Shown: positions 21,909 to 31,254 of the stretch, one piece after another | Position numbering within the stretch: position 1 is the first letter of the stretch | How the letters are laid out: each line of letters starts with the position of its first letter | Assembly (NCBI GenBank): GCA_000002445.1 | Contig: CP000067.1 | Span: forward strand, 640,001-704,000 | Length of the DNA: 64,000 nt | Origin: Trypanosoma brucei | Lineage: Eukaryota | Direction: 5' to 3' | Translations under genes and position numbers: made by a program | Notes under the pieces: model-generated | What the model was told of the DNA's origin: nothing | The model's input: only the letters and a program-made list of their open reading frames with translations | Database searches by the model: none

Positions 21909-24900
21909 ATGACAACAAAAAATAGGCCGATTGAGGAGGCTGCAGCGGTGTACATACTGCGCATTATACATACTATACTTCTTTGGTTGGGTGTTACTCT
22001 CGGCTCCGTACTCGTCGTATGTTCTCAACCACGCTTTGTCCCCATTCGGACAGCGATCTCGAGTTTTGTTTATCTTTTGGCCTCTCTGTGTGTAATATTC
22101 GTTAGCATTCTGGAACTCAAAGGTCATATTTCTACCATCAGCGGTGTAACTCACTGGATGGACAGAGTGGGATGTTCCTATTGGTTTTTGCTGCTATTTA
22201 TCCGGTGCATCAAACCCTCTCATGCAGTGGAATGGGTCGCTTCTGCACTACTACCTCTGCTGGTGCTAACTGAATGGGCCGTCGTGACGACTTATATTCT
22301 TATTTCCAGCACTTATCATCCTGTTATTACCGTCGATCTTTTTCTTACGGTTCTCCATACGGTGGTGTTTACCGCCTTTGTTGGCCTGGACCGTTTGATG
22401 ATCAGCGATATTACCGTCATTTTCTCTGCCGCTCGTGCCGCTCAGGATGCAGACGCTGTTGAAGCCTGTGGTGGAAATATGGGTATGTCACGCAGTGGCC
22501 CCGGAAGCTTCAGGTCTGACGATATGTTGGAACTGAGCCATGAGCTTCAGAGTAGTGCCTCTTCTTATTCTTCAGCCCTCTGCAGGGGTAATTCACGTTG
22601 TTATATATTACGTGTGGTGGCACGCCGCTGGGGCGGGACGTACGCCGTGCTTGTATTTGTGCGGCTTCTTTACGAGTTTGGAGGCCTTCTCCCAGCGCAT
22701 CTCTTGCGAATACTGGTAGACAACTTGTCCGTAGTTGAAAATAAGCACGGAAAGAAACACGGAAGTGATGGGCTGTGTATGGCAAGTGTTATGATCGTGG
22801 TAATTATTGCTTACAATTTAATATGCACCTTTCTGCGTGCACACTACAGAGTGGCTTTGCAGAAAATTGTCTTATACACTCGTGGTCTCCTAACTTCAGA
22901 GCTGTTCCGCTGCACACTGTGTCGCCGGAAGCATCTATTTGACGGTAGAACGCAGGGTGATATTATGAACCACCTCTCATTGGATGTTGCGCGCGTAGCT
23001 GATGCAGCAAGTTCTTTTAATGATCTCTGGGCGCTGCCACTGCAACTCTCCCTTGCGTTGTACCTCTTGTACATACAAATCTCGTTTGCATTCGTTGCGG
23101 GTGTGGTGGTGTCAGTTGCACTGATACCCATCAACATGTGGCTGACGAAGCGCATCCAAGGTGTCATGAGTGAACTCATGCGGGAAAATGATGAACGTGT
23201 CCTGCGAATCACGGAGATAGTGAGGAACATTATTTACGTCAAAATGTGTGGCTGGTCGCAATTAGTTCAGCAGTGGGTGAAAGAATCACGTGATCGGTAC
23301 TTGGTGCATCTCAGGTGGCTCAAGTACTTGGATGCATTCTGTGTCTTCTTCTGGGCAACTACGCCTACACTTGTTTCACTTGTAACATTTATAACCTTTA
23401 TTTTGATGGGTGGGGAGTTGACACCCGGAAAGGCTGTAACCGCGTTAGCCCTGTTCAACTCACTTACAATGCCGTTGAATGCGTATCCATGCGTCATTAA
23501 TGGTCTCGTGGAGTCGTATGTGTCGTGGTGTCGGCTTAGTCCCTTCCTGGTAATGCGACCAGACGCATGTCACGGCGACTTGTATGGTTTTGCGTCAGGG
23601 GAAAGTGACTCAGGCACCAAAATGTTTACCGAAATAACGGAGGAATACCAAGACATGGTGGTGAGTAGCGAAGAGATGCCCTGTGCTTCCTCATTGAATG
23701 AAATACAACCACTTCTTCAAGCAAAGGGTTGTGTTGGCGAGATGCGGCGGCAGCGTCTCGCGGGGATCCATGGGCTTCCTCATCCCTTCAGAAGAAATCA
23801 CGATTTGCTCATTGATATCAGAAGCGGCGTCATAAGGCTCAATACGCAAGGTGGCGCAGGGTTGCCGCGACCCAGCTTCATGCTTCATATTCCAACCTTC
23901 CAAGCGACGAGCGGTCAACTTATTGCCGTTGTGGGTGTTTCTGGGTCGGGGAAAAGTACATTTCTTGACGGTCTTGCAGGTGAACACCTGATTGACCCAA
24001 ATGATGCCACCGGCCACGCGGCAGTCTCACGCTTCTCCACGGCTTATGTCGAGCAACAACCTTTTTTGATGTCGGGAACACTGCGGGAGAATATTTTGAT
24101 GGGACTCATGTACGACTCTGTGCGCTACGAGGCGGTTATAAATGCTGTAGCTCTCACTCAGGACCTTCAAACTTGTTTCTATCCCGATGGTGACACTTTT
24201 CTCGTAGGGGACAGAGGGATCCGACTAAGTGGAGGGCAGAGGGCACGGGTTGCTCTTGCGCGTGCTCTATACGCGGGAAAGGAGTTATATTTAATTGATG
24301 ACATCCTTGGCTGTCTTGACCCAACAGTAGCGCGTCACATTGTCACAAATGCCCTCGTTGGTTCAGCAAAAAGCGGGAGTTGCGTTATCGTTGCCACACA
24401 CAACCAGGAGCTCGTTGAGCGGGCAGATGTAGTGTACAGGTGTGTGGAGGGTCAACTTCTTTTTTCTCAGCGGTTAGTGAAAACAGCTGCTACTACAGTT
24501 GCCGAGCCAAGCTCGCCGGCGGCTAAGCCACATGCAACCCAACAACATGTGGCGTTGGCTAATAATGAGAAAGGTCATGGAAAGGTAGGCAATGTTCTAG
24601 GTGATGTGCCATGGCCCTCGAGCGATAGTTCACCTGCGCGTGCGCCCGTCGCAACGCCAGAGAGCGGTTCAATAGAAGCGGCAGAAGTTCTGGAGACATC
24701 TAAACACGGCACTCTTGCGTGGGAAACACTGGCGTGTTACATCGGTCGGGTCGGGTGGAAGCTGTCTGCCTTCATTATCATATCTGCCGCTTTGATGCAA
24801 ATATCTCGCAATGCGGGTGACCAGTACGTTGTAACGTGGGCTAAGAGTGGTGATGGAAATACCACGCGATTCATTTGGTCATTGGCCATCTTAGCTGGTG

Positions 24901-26420
24901 TGAACAGTGTGTTGGCGCTTGCGCGTGGTTTCAGTTTTGCTTTCGGTGGTCTGCGGGCCGCAAAAAGGCTACACAATGAGTTATTGGGCCACGTGATGTC
25001 TGCCACGTTTACCTTCTTCTCAGACACGCCGCCCGGCCGCATCATCAACCGGCTATGTGGTGATACATACACCATTGATGATTCACTGCCATTCATAATG
25101 AACATTTTGTTGGCGCAAACGTTTTTACTTTGCGGAGCGGTAGTCGTAATATTACTCAACTCCTCGTCGTTGCTAATAGTTACACTCATTCCGGTTTCTG
25201 TGCTCTACCATCGTATTCAATGTCCGTATCGAGCGTCGTCGAGAGAGCTGCGACGACTTGAAGAAGCGGCTAACGCGCCACTGCTCGATACAATGCGTGA
25301 TGCGCTGGACGGTGGGGTAGTAATTCGCAGTTTGGGCGGTAGAGTGGTGATGTCTCACCTGCGGCGTGCGAGTCGAAACACGGATCTGTTGTTGCGAGTA
25401 AAGTTTAATTCCATGCTTCTCGGTGCATGGTTTACCATCCGGCTGGAGCTTGTTGGCCTCCTTCCACTTATTTTTGTAGGAGGCACCGCTATCTATTACC
25501 ATGGCAGCGCCTCCGCCCCTTTTATAGGGCTTGCACTCGCCTATGTGCAGCCCCTGACGTCATATGTGGGAGGCTTGCTTGGTGCGTTTGCCTCCACGGA
25601 AACAGAGCTTATTAGCGTGGAGCGCGTGAGACAATACTTTTCATTGGCGAGCGAGGAGCCACGAACTCTGGGCATGTTTTTTTCACCTCCACTCTCCAAC
25701 TGGCCCAGCGGTGGTCAAGTTGTTTTGAGCAACGTGTCAATGCGGTACGACCCAAGCGGACCGGAGGTGTTGCGGTCGCTGAGCTTTCATGTAAATGCTG
25801 GGGAGAAGGTGGCGATAGTAGGCCGGACAGGAGCGGGGAAATCTTCCATTTTTTCGGCGTTGCTCCGACTTGTGGAAATCGAGTCGGGATCCATCCACAT
25901 CGATGGATACGACACTCGGCGGCTACCACTTGAGGTTCTACGCACCCGCTTAAGTGTCCTTCCGCAACAACCGTTCATCTTTAGTGGTTCACTCCGGCAG
26001 AACATTGACCCATTTGGGCTTCACTCGGAAGACGCTGTGCGTGACGTTGCAACCTCCGTTAAACTAGACGGTGTTGCATTGGATTACAATGTCACTGACA
26101 GCAGTCGCGTCAGTGGAGGTCAACGCCATCTGATTGCACTTGCCCGTGTAATACTCCAGCGGTCTCCACTGCTGTTGTTGGATGAACCGACTGCACAAAG
26201 TAGTGCCGAGGCGGAGGCAGCGTTGTGGAGCTCGTTGGCCGAACATCTGAGGAGTACAACGGTGTTGTGCATCACACACAAATTGTCACATATTGACTTC
26301 TTCGATCGTGTCATTGTCATTGAGAATGGCCATGTTGCTAGTGACGGAACTGTTGCTCAACTCCGAGCGGCCTCTGTGTGGCCGTTTTCGTCCCCCAATG
26401 CCGATGCTTCGCTCACATAA
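21909..26420 (+). CDS. MRPE: ABC transporter of the ABCC/MRP subfamily (multidrug-resistance-associated protein). It is full length, with TMD0-TMD1-NBD1-TMD2-NBD2.
   Basis: Two nucleotide-binding domains. Walker A motifs are GVSGSGKST and GRTGAGKSS. ABC signatures are LSGGQRARV and VSGGQRHLI. NBD1 Walker B is LYLIDDILGCLD, with the ABCC-typical loss of the catalytic Glu. NBD2 Walker B is the canonical LLLLDEPTA. Multiple hydrophobic spans are present. The MRPE symbol rests on synteny recalled from memory and is not verified. Confidence 0.85.
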   Translation: MTTKNRPIEEAAAVYILRIIHTILLWLGVTLGSVLVVCSQPRFVPIRTAISSFVYLLASLCVIFVSILELKGHISTISGVTHWMDRVGCSYWFLLLFIRCIKPSHAVEWVASALLPLLVLTEWAVVTTYILISSTYHPVITVDLFLTVLHTVVFTAFVGLDRLMISDITVIFSAARAAQDADAVEACGGNMGMSRSGPGSFRSDDMLELSHELQSSASSYSSALCRGNSRCYILRVVARRWGGTYAVLVFVRLLYEFGGLLPAHLLRILVDNLSVVENKHGKKHGSDGLCMASVMIVVIIAYNLICTFLRAHYRVALQKIVLYTRGLLTSELFRCTLCRRKHLFDGRTQGDIMNHLSLDVARVADAASSFNDLWALPLQLSLALYLLYIQISFAFVAGVVVSVALIPINMWLTKRIQGVMSELMRENDERVLRITEIVRNIIYVKMCGWSQLVQQWVKESRDRYLVHLRWLKYLDAFCVFFWATTPTLVSLVTFITFILMGGELTPGKAVTALALFNSLTMPLNAYPCVINGLVESYVSWCRLSPFLVMRPDACHGDLYGFASGESDSGTKMFTEITEEYQDMVVSSEEMPCASSLNEIQPLLQAKGCVGEMRRQRLAGIHGLPHPFRRNHDLLIDIRSGVIRLNTQGGAGLPRPSFMLHIPTFQATSGQLIAVVGVSGSGKSTFLDGLAGEHLIDPNDATGHAAVSRFSTAYVEQQPFLMSGTLRENILMGLMYDSVRYEAVINAVALTQDLQTCFYPDGDTFLVGDRGIRLSGGQRARVALARALYAGKELYLIDDILGCLDPTVARHIVTNALVGSAKSGSCVIVATHNQELVERADVVYRCVEGQLLFSQRLVKTAATTVAEPSSPAAKPHATQQHVALANNEKGHGKVGNVLGDVPWPSSDSSPARAPVATPESGSIEAAEVLETSKHGTLAWETLACYIGRVGWKLSAFIIISAALMQISRNAGDQYVVTWAKSGDGNTTRFIWSLAILAGVNSVLALARGFSFAFGGLRAAKRLHNELLGHVMSATFTFFSDTPPGRIINRLCGDTYTIDDSLPFIMNILLAQTFLLCGAVVVILLNSSSLLIVTLIPVSVLYHRIQCPYRASSRELRRLEEAANAPLLDTMRDALDGGVVIRSLGGRVVMSHLRRASRNTDLLLRVKFNSMLLGAWFTIRLELVGLLPLIFVGGTAIYYHGSASAPFIGLALAYVQPLTSYVGGLLGAFASTETELISVERVRQYFSLASEEPRTLGMFFSPPLSNWPSGGQVVLSNVSMRYDPSGPEVLRSLSFHVNAGEKVAIVGRTGAGKSSIFSALLRLVEIESGSIHIDGYDTRRLPLEVLRTRLSVLPQQPFIFSGSLRQNIDPFGLHSEDAVRDVATSVKLDGVALDYNVTDSSRVSGGQRHLIALARVILQRSPLLLLDEPTAQSSAEAEAALWSSLAEHLRSTTVLCITHKLSHIDFFDRVIVIENGHVASDGTVAQLRAASVWPFSSPNADASLT

Positions 26421-26530
26421 GTGCATAAGTTTGAGACATAAGCATCGTAAATGAACGAACCCACATCATACCGCGTTTCGGATGCATGCCTTTAAGTTTG
26501 GAAATCGTATGCTGCCATTCCCAGAGCGCG

Positions 26531-26566
26531 AGAAACTTTTCCGCCACTTTACTTCCCCTTGATGAG
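26531..26566 (+). promoter_or_regulatory. Short polypyrimidine tract plus AG between the ABCC transporter stop (26420) and the sirtuin start. It supports the sirtuin ATG at 26641.
   Basis: gaaacttttccgccactttacttccccttgatgag. The intergenic distance is only about 220 bp. Confidence 0.4.
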
Positions 26567-26640
26567 CGGTGGAGGTTAGCTTCCATTCCCACTCTGTCCC
26601 ACCGCTGCTGATTAAAGAAGGACTGTTTGTAGGTTCAACA

Positions 26641-27375
26641 ATGAGGCGGCCCAATGGTATGATTGCTATTTTAACGGGTGCTGGTATCTCTGCCGAGTCG
26701 GGCATTTCAACATTCCGTGATCAGAACGGCTTATGGGAAAACCACCGCGTGGAGGATGTTTGTACTCCTGCCGCCTTCCTCAAACAACCGACAGTCGTAC
26801 AGCGTTTTTACAACGAACGCCGGAGGGCCCTTCTTTCACCGGAGGTGAAGCCCAATGCTTCGCATCAGGCGCTTGCGAGGCTTCAACGTGAATACAAGGA
26901 TGGTCAAGTGGTTATCATTACGCAGAATATTGACGACTTGCACGAGCGGGCAGGATCAAGGCAAGTTTTGCACATGCATGGCGAACTGTTGAAGGTGCGC
27001 TGTACCGCGACAGGACGCGTGTTTGAGTCAAGGGAGGATGTGATCCATGGTGAATCGAAATGTGAATGCTGCGGAGTCGTAGAAACTCTAAGACCGCATA
27101 TAGTATGGTTTAACGAAATGCCACTGTATATGGATGTAATTGATGAAGTGGTGCAAAACGCGGGGCTTTTCGTGGCTGTGGGTACTTCCGGTAACGTATA
27201 CCCTGCAGCGGGTCTTGTGATGATTGCAAAAGCACATGGAGCAGAAACACTTGAACTCAACCTGGAACCCAGTGGGAACTGCAGGGACTTCGATCGGTCC
27301 GTTTACGGGCCGGCGTCTGTCATTGTTCCTGCTTGGGCCGACGAGGTGCTTCACGGAAAGGGTCCCGCGGCATGA
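26641..27375 (+). CDS. SIR2rp3: Sir2-family NAD-dependent protein deacylase (class III/U, bacterial CobB-like sirtuin). The longest ORF starts at 26569, but the polypyrimidine tract and AG at 26535-26566 argue for the ATG at 26641.
   Basis: Rossmann NAD-binding motif GAGISAESGISTFRD, then QNIDDLHERAG, catalytic His in LHMHGEL, a cysteine cluster CTATG...KCECCG, and VAVGTSGNVYPAAG. Its position is consistent with T. brucei SIR2rp3, from memory. Confidence 0.8.
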   Translation: MRRPNGMIAILTGAGISAESGISTFRDQNGLWENHRVEDVCTPAAFLKQPTVVQRFYNERRRALLSPEVKPNASHQALARLQREYKDGQVVIITQNIDDLHERAGSRQVLHMHGELLKVRCTATGRVFESREDVIHGESKCECCGVVETLRPHIVWFNEMPLYMDVIDEVVQNAGLFVAVGTSGNVYPAAGLVMIAKAHGAETLELNLEPSGNCRDFDRSVYGPASVIVPAWADEVLHGKGPAA

Positions 27376-27857
27376 GCCACTGCTCATTTTATATTCTTTC
27401 CTTTTCCTTCCCTTGTCTTTGCTTTATCCATTGTTGTTGTTGAGCTGCTCCAACCTCATCTTTTTGATGGCGTTCGTGTTTTTTTTTTTGTTCCAGGAAC
27501 TTGCCGTTGCAGTTTGAGTGGCTGTGTTGGAGTTGTGGCTTTGTTATGTCGTTTCGACGAATAAAAATGGTAGAGCAAAAAGTTCGCATCTCCTTGTCTC
27601 TGTACTCTCCCCTCCATTTCGCCTTCAAGTTAATCTCCGCATTGCTTGTTATCGTCACCATTACTGCTGTTTTAATTTCGTCCTTTGTCTTCTTTTGTGG
27701 ACCACATAAAAACGTTGGGAAGAAAGCACGCTCACACACTCTACACCTAACCGGTAGCAAAAAGAAAGCAAGATAAAGTAACACAAATAACAGTAATACC
27801 TCGCTCTTTTCATCATCTTTAACCACTAAACAGTTGCCTGCGTAATATTCAGCACTA

Positions 27858-28334
27858 ATGGGCTTCGGTGCAGTCGTCAGCTACTTTGGGCTCATCTTCT
27901 TGCTCACGGTGTTTATCGCCTCGGGTGTTCAAATCATGATGTACCCCACCTCAGGCGCCATGATGTTGGCGAAGAGTAACTTCCCCAAGTTGCTGGAAAT
28001 GGCTGGCATTCAGTACCGCCTCTCTGTTGCTGAATACACCATGGTTGTGCAGGGCATTGGTGCTTCCTGCATTGGCTTTTCCCTGCTAATGCTGCTGGGC
28101 GTTGGTCGTTCCTTCTTTGCCTTCTTGCTCGCCGTTTTGGTTTCTCTGCTTACACTCGCCTTCCACATTGACCTCCGTGCCCCCACGAAGATGAGTGAAA
28201 CGAATGCCTTTCAGGTCTTGAAGAATGCCGCCATTTTCGGTGGACTGATGTTTGTTGCAGGGAGCTCTGGTCGCTCCCGCGCCGCCCCACGGGCCGCCAC
28301 CAATGCGACGGGGAAAGAAAAAAAGAAGAATTAA
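27858..28334 (+). CDS. Small hypothetical integral membrane protein of 158 aa with about four transmembrane helices and a basic C-terminal tail.
   Basis: Four hydrophobic segments: GFGAVVSYFGLIFLLTVFIASGV, MVVQGIGASCIGFSLLMLLGV, FFAFLLAVLVSLLTLAF and AAIFGGLMFVAGS. Codon composition is non-repetitive, unlike the surrounding low-complexity ORFs. It is in the same orientation as its neighbours. Confidence 0.5.
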   Translation: MGFGAVVSYFGLIFLLTVFIASGVQIMMYPTSGAMMLAKSNFPKLLEMAGIQYRLSVAEYTMVVQGIGASCIGFSLLMLLGVGRSFFAFLLAVLVSLLTLAFHIDLRAPTKMSETNAFQVLKNAAIFGGLMFVAGSSGRSRAAPRAATNATGKEKKKN

Positions 28335-29785
28335 CCGACTCATGCATGCACCGCTTGCCGGGTCACCCCTCCGTAGAGAGAGAGAGAAAAAAAAGGAACT
28401 TCAGTGGATATTGCAGCGAAGAAAGAAAGAATAGGGAGGAGAGGGGGTTTGCATTACGTTCACAAGGGTTGTTTTGATTGATTACCTTCCCCTTTCTGTT
28501 TCCGTTTCCTTTTTCTTTTCTTTTCTTTTTTTTTGCTTTGTCTCATCTCATCTTTTCTTTTTATCTTTCCTCTCCTTATTCCCCTCGGTTTTCTCTTCTT
28601 CGCGTACTTGCTCTCCTGCCCCCCTGCGATTTTTTTTTATTCCTTTGCTTTTCTCTATGAATTCCTTCCGCACCCGATTATCTTAGTTATTTACTTCCCA
28701 CTGGCCCACTCCACTGTTGTGAGGGACGCCTGAAGGAAGTCATGTTGGGGAATGTTTGAATCACATGAATGAGTATTTGCAAAGAGAAGTAAACGCAGGT
28801 AAACAAAAAGTGGGAGAAAATTATATTATTTTTTTTGTGTGTGTTTCTTCCATTTTTTTTTTTAGTGGTGGGAACTTTTGACAACAGGAAGTGAGGGGTT
28901 GAGAGAAATCTCAAGAGGGAGAAAATGTGGAACGGAAAGAAAAGAAAAGAAAAGAGAAACAAAGATGAGTATCTTGGCAGTTGTAAGGGGAGGAATGGGA
29001 GGAACGGAGAAGTAATGACAAGTGAATCGACAATACCTTTAAGGGAAGAAGAAAAAAAAAGAAAACGAAAAAAAAAAATACATATTCATAACAACAATAA
29101 TATTGTTAATAACACACGCACCCGTATACATATATGGGGAAGAAAAGGAAAGGAAAAAAGGAGGGGATCCACAAAACAAAAAAAAGAGGGGGATGAAAAT
29201 GTTTTTATCAAGAGAAGTTTGGCACCATTAAAGGGAGGAAAAGAAACAGTCACTTCTGAAGTAAAAAAAAAGAAGAGAAAGATGCGAAGGTTAAACCCGA
29301 CTCATTTTAAAAACAAAGAGGGAAAGTAGAGAGGTTTGGTGGCACATTTTGTTACGCACTGAAACAATTTTTCTCCCCTTTTCAACGAAAAAATGAGAGA
29401 AAAATGGAAGTGCAATGATGATGTTCGACGCCAATATTGTTATTGTTGTTAATTACGTTGCACTGCACAGGGTCGTAAAAATGTGAGGACAAATAGAAAC
29501 TAAACTGGATCGAAACAAACTAAAGCACGAAAGACAAGAAGGGGGAAAACAAAAGAAAGGAAGAGGTAAAGAGATGATGGACTCAAAATCTATTTTGGGA
29601 CCTCCTACCCCCAACTGGTATAACAGGCGTGCAGGGAGAGGCCGTTTATTGGCGTTATCTAAAAATGTAATATTGCATGTGGTGTGGGCATTTAATTGTA
29701 GGAGTGCAGTGAAAGCATGACGGGGCGGGCATTAGTTATTTGCCGGCCTTTAGCCATGTCCTTCAAATAAGCACTTGTTTTGGTT

Positions 29786-29786
<1 letters not shown>

Positions 29787-29832
<46 letters not shown>
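29787..29832. repeat. Compound microsatellite (AT)7-(GT)16.
   Basis: Direct read: atatatatatatat gtgtgtgtgtgtgtgtgtgtgtgtgtgtgtgt. The architecture matches the repeat at 3953-4020. Confidence 0.95.
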
Positions 29833-29833
<1 letters not shown>

Positions 29834-30240
29834 GACAAATATGTTTCTTCTCTCTTTTTTCCCCCTTCTTCTTTTTTTTTTCTTTGAAAGAAAGAATTGT
29901 ATTTGTTTCTATTTTTCGTCCGTACGTCTTGGCGCCGGGTATCTATCCTGGAACACGTGGAAGTTATTTCGGTTACAAGGATACTTAGTAGTTCACTGGC
30001 GCATCACCTACAGCGCGGCGCACTGCACGAAAGCAAACAACGGTTAGAAACGCTAGCGAAGCGCACGTAAGTTTGCAAAAACAAGCAAAACCAAACAAAA
30101 AATCAGCTGCGTAAAATAAGGGCACAGAGCAAGGCACAGAATAGTTGGAAAACAGAGGTTATATATATATATATTTATTTATTTATTGTATAGGGTGTGC
30201 GGGTACGCGTTGGTTTGCACCACTGCGGAGGTAACTAACC

Positions 30241-30477
30241 ATGCTTCTTAAGGTGAAGACTGTAAGCAACAAGGTTATTCAAATTACCTCACTTACTGAT
30301 GATAACACAATAGCGGAGTTGAAGGGTAAGTTAGAAGAGTCAGAAGGCATTCCTGGGAATATGATCCGCCTTGTGTATCAGGGAAAGCAATTGGAGGATG
30401 AGAAGCGGCTGAAAGATTACCAAATGTCCGCCGGTGCGACATTTCACATGGTGGTGGCCCTGCGCGCGGGTTGCTGA
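30241..30477 (+). CDS. Ubiquitin-like protein with a NEDD8-like beta-grasp fold, 78 aa, and an atypical C-terminus ...ALRAGC.
   Basis: MLLKVKTVSNKVIQITSLTDDNTIAELKGKLEESEGIPGNMIRLVYQGKQLEDEKRLKDYQMSAGATFHMVVALRAGC aligns along its whole length with NEDD8 ([71 protein letters not shown]). NEDD8-diagnostic Ala72 is present (ALR...). The di-Gly is replaced by Ala-Gly followed by a single Cys. Confidence 0.75.
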   Translation: MLLKVKTVSNKVIQITSLTDDNTIAELKGKLEESEGIPGNMIRLVYQGKQLEDEKRLKDYQMSAGATFHMVVALRAGC

Positions 30478-31254
30478 TATATTGAGGAGAAACTCTAAAA
30501 CAGTTTGCTTCGGCATCTCTCAACAACTCATCCCATTACCATGTGAATGGCGAAATTGCACAAAGCTGGTGTCAAACAGCAGCATACGGCGCTGCATGGT
30601 TTCTATCGGCTGCGTCGTGCTCAGATGGTTAAGAGGGAGAAGATTGACCAGAGGAGAAATGAAGGAAGTTAAAGGCCGTTCAAAGAACGAAATTGGTACA
30701 AGGAGGCAAAAAGTCATGAAAAAATAGGCTATTGGGGACCTTAGCAGACTCGGACCTCAGCGGTATATATATATATATATATTCTTTCGTTTGTCTTGAT
30801 TTTACTTTCGTTCACCCCTTTGTTCATTCCTAATCCTTTCTCTGTCCTCTTTTTCCCACCTCAACTGTCGCTGTGGAAAAAAAAAGACAGGGAAATCGAC
30901 TGTTTGGAACACTGTTGAAATGGTGCGATACCAATGAGGCTCCACAGACTTCGCGTTTTCCGATCCTTCCTGATGCGCAACCGTTTCGGTTAATATATCA
31001 AAAGGAAGTGATGTCATGTGCGCAGGTGATTTTTGACCACTCAACTCTTAGCATACGCCAAAACACACACAGACAGACAAATAGTTTTCTTCTCTACAAT
31101 TGAGTGCGGGGAACCGCACATTATCTTTTCCAGGTGCTTTCAAGAAGTCAAAACACGAGGACGAGGGGAGACTGTTTTTTTGGAGGTGGACAGAAAATCA
31201 ACCCGCAGGTGAGGTTGCGGCAGCAGCGCAACCAAACCGGTCAGTCGGCAACTT

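Noticed and set aside
21338-21925. A 195 aa + strand ORF immediately upstream of, and overlapping, the ABCC transporter start.
   Set aside because: It overlaps the polypyrimidine tract and AG that most likely mark the transporter's splice-acceptor site, and it ends 16 bp into the transporter CDS. I saw no motifs. It probably corresponds to intergenic and 5'UTR sequence.
28925-29329. A 134 aa + strand ORF rich in Lys/Arg/Glu/Asn.
   Set aside because: It is encoded by a purine-rich low-complexity intergenic tract (gaaaag and aaaaaa runs). It looks like a translational artefact and not a gene.
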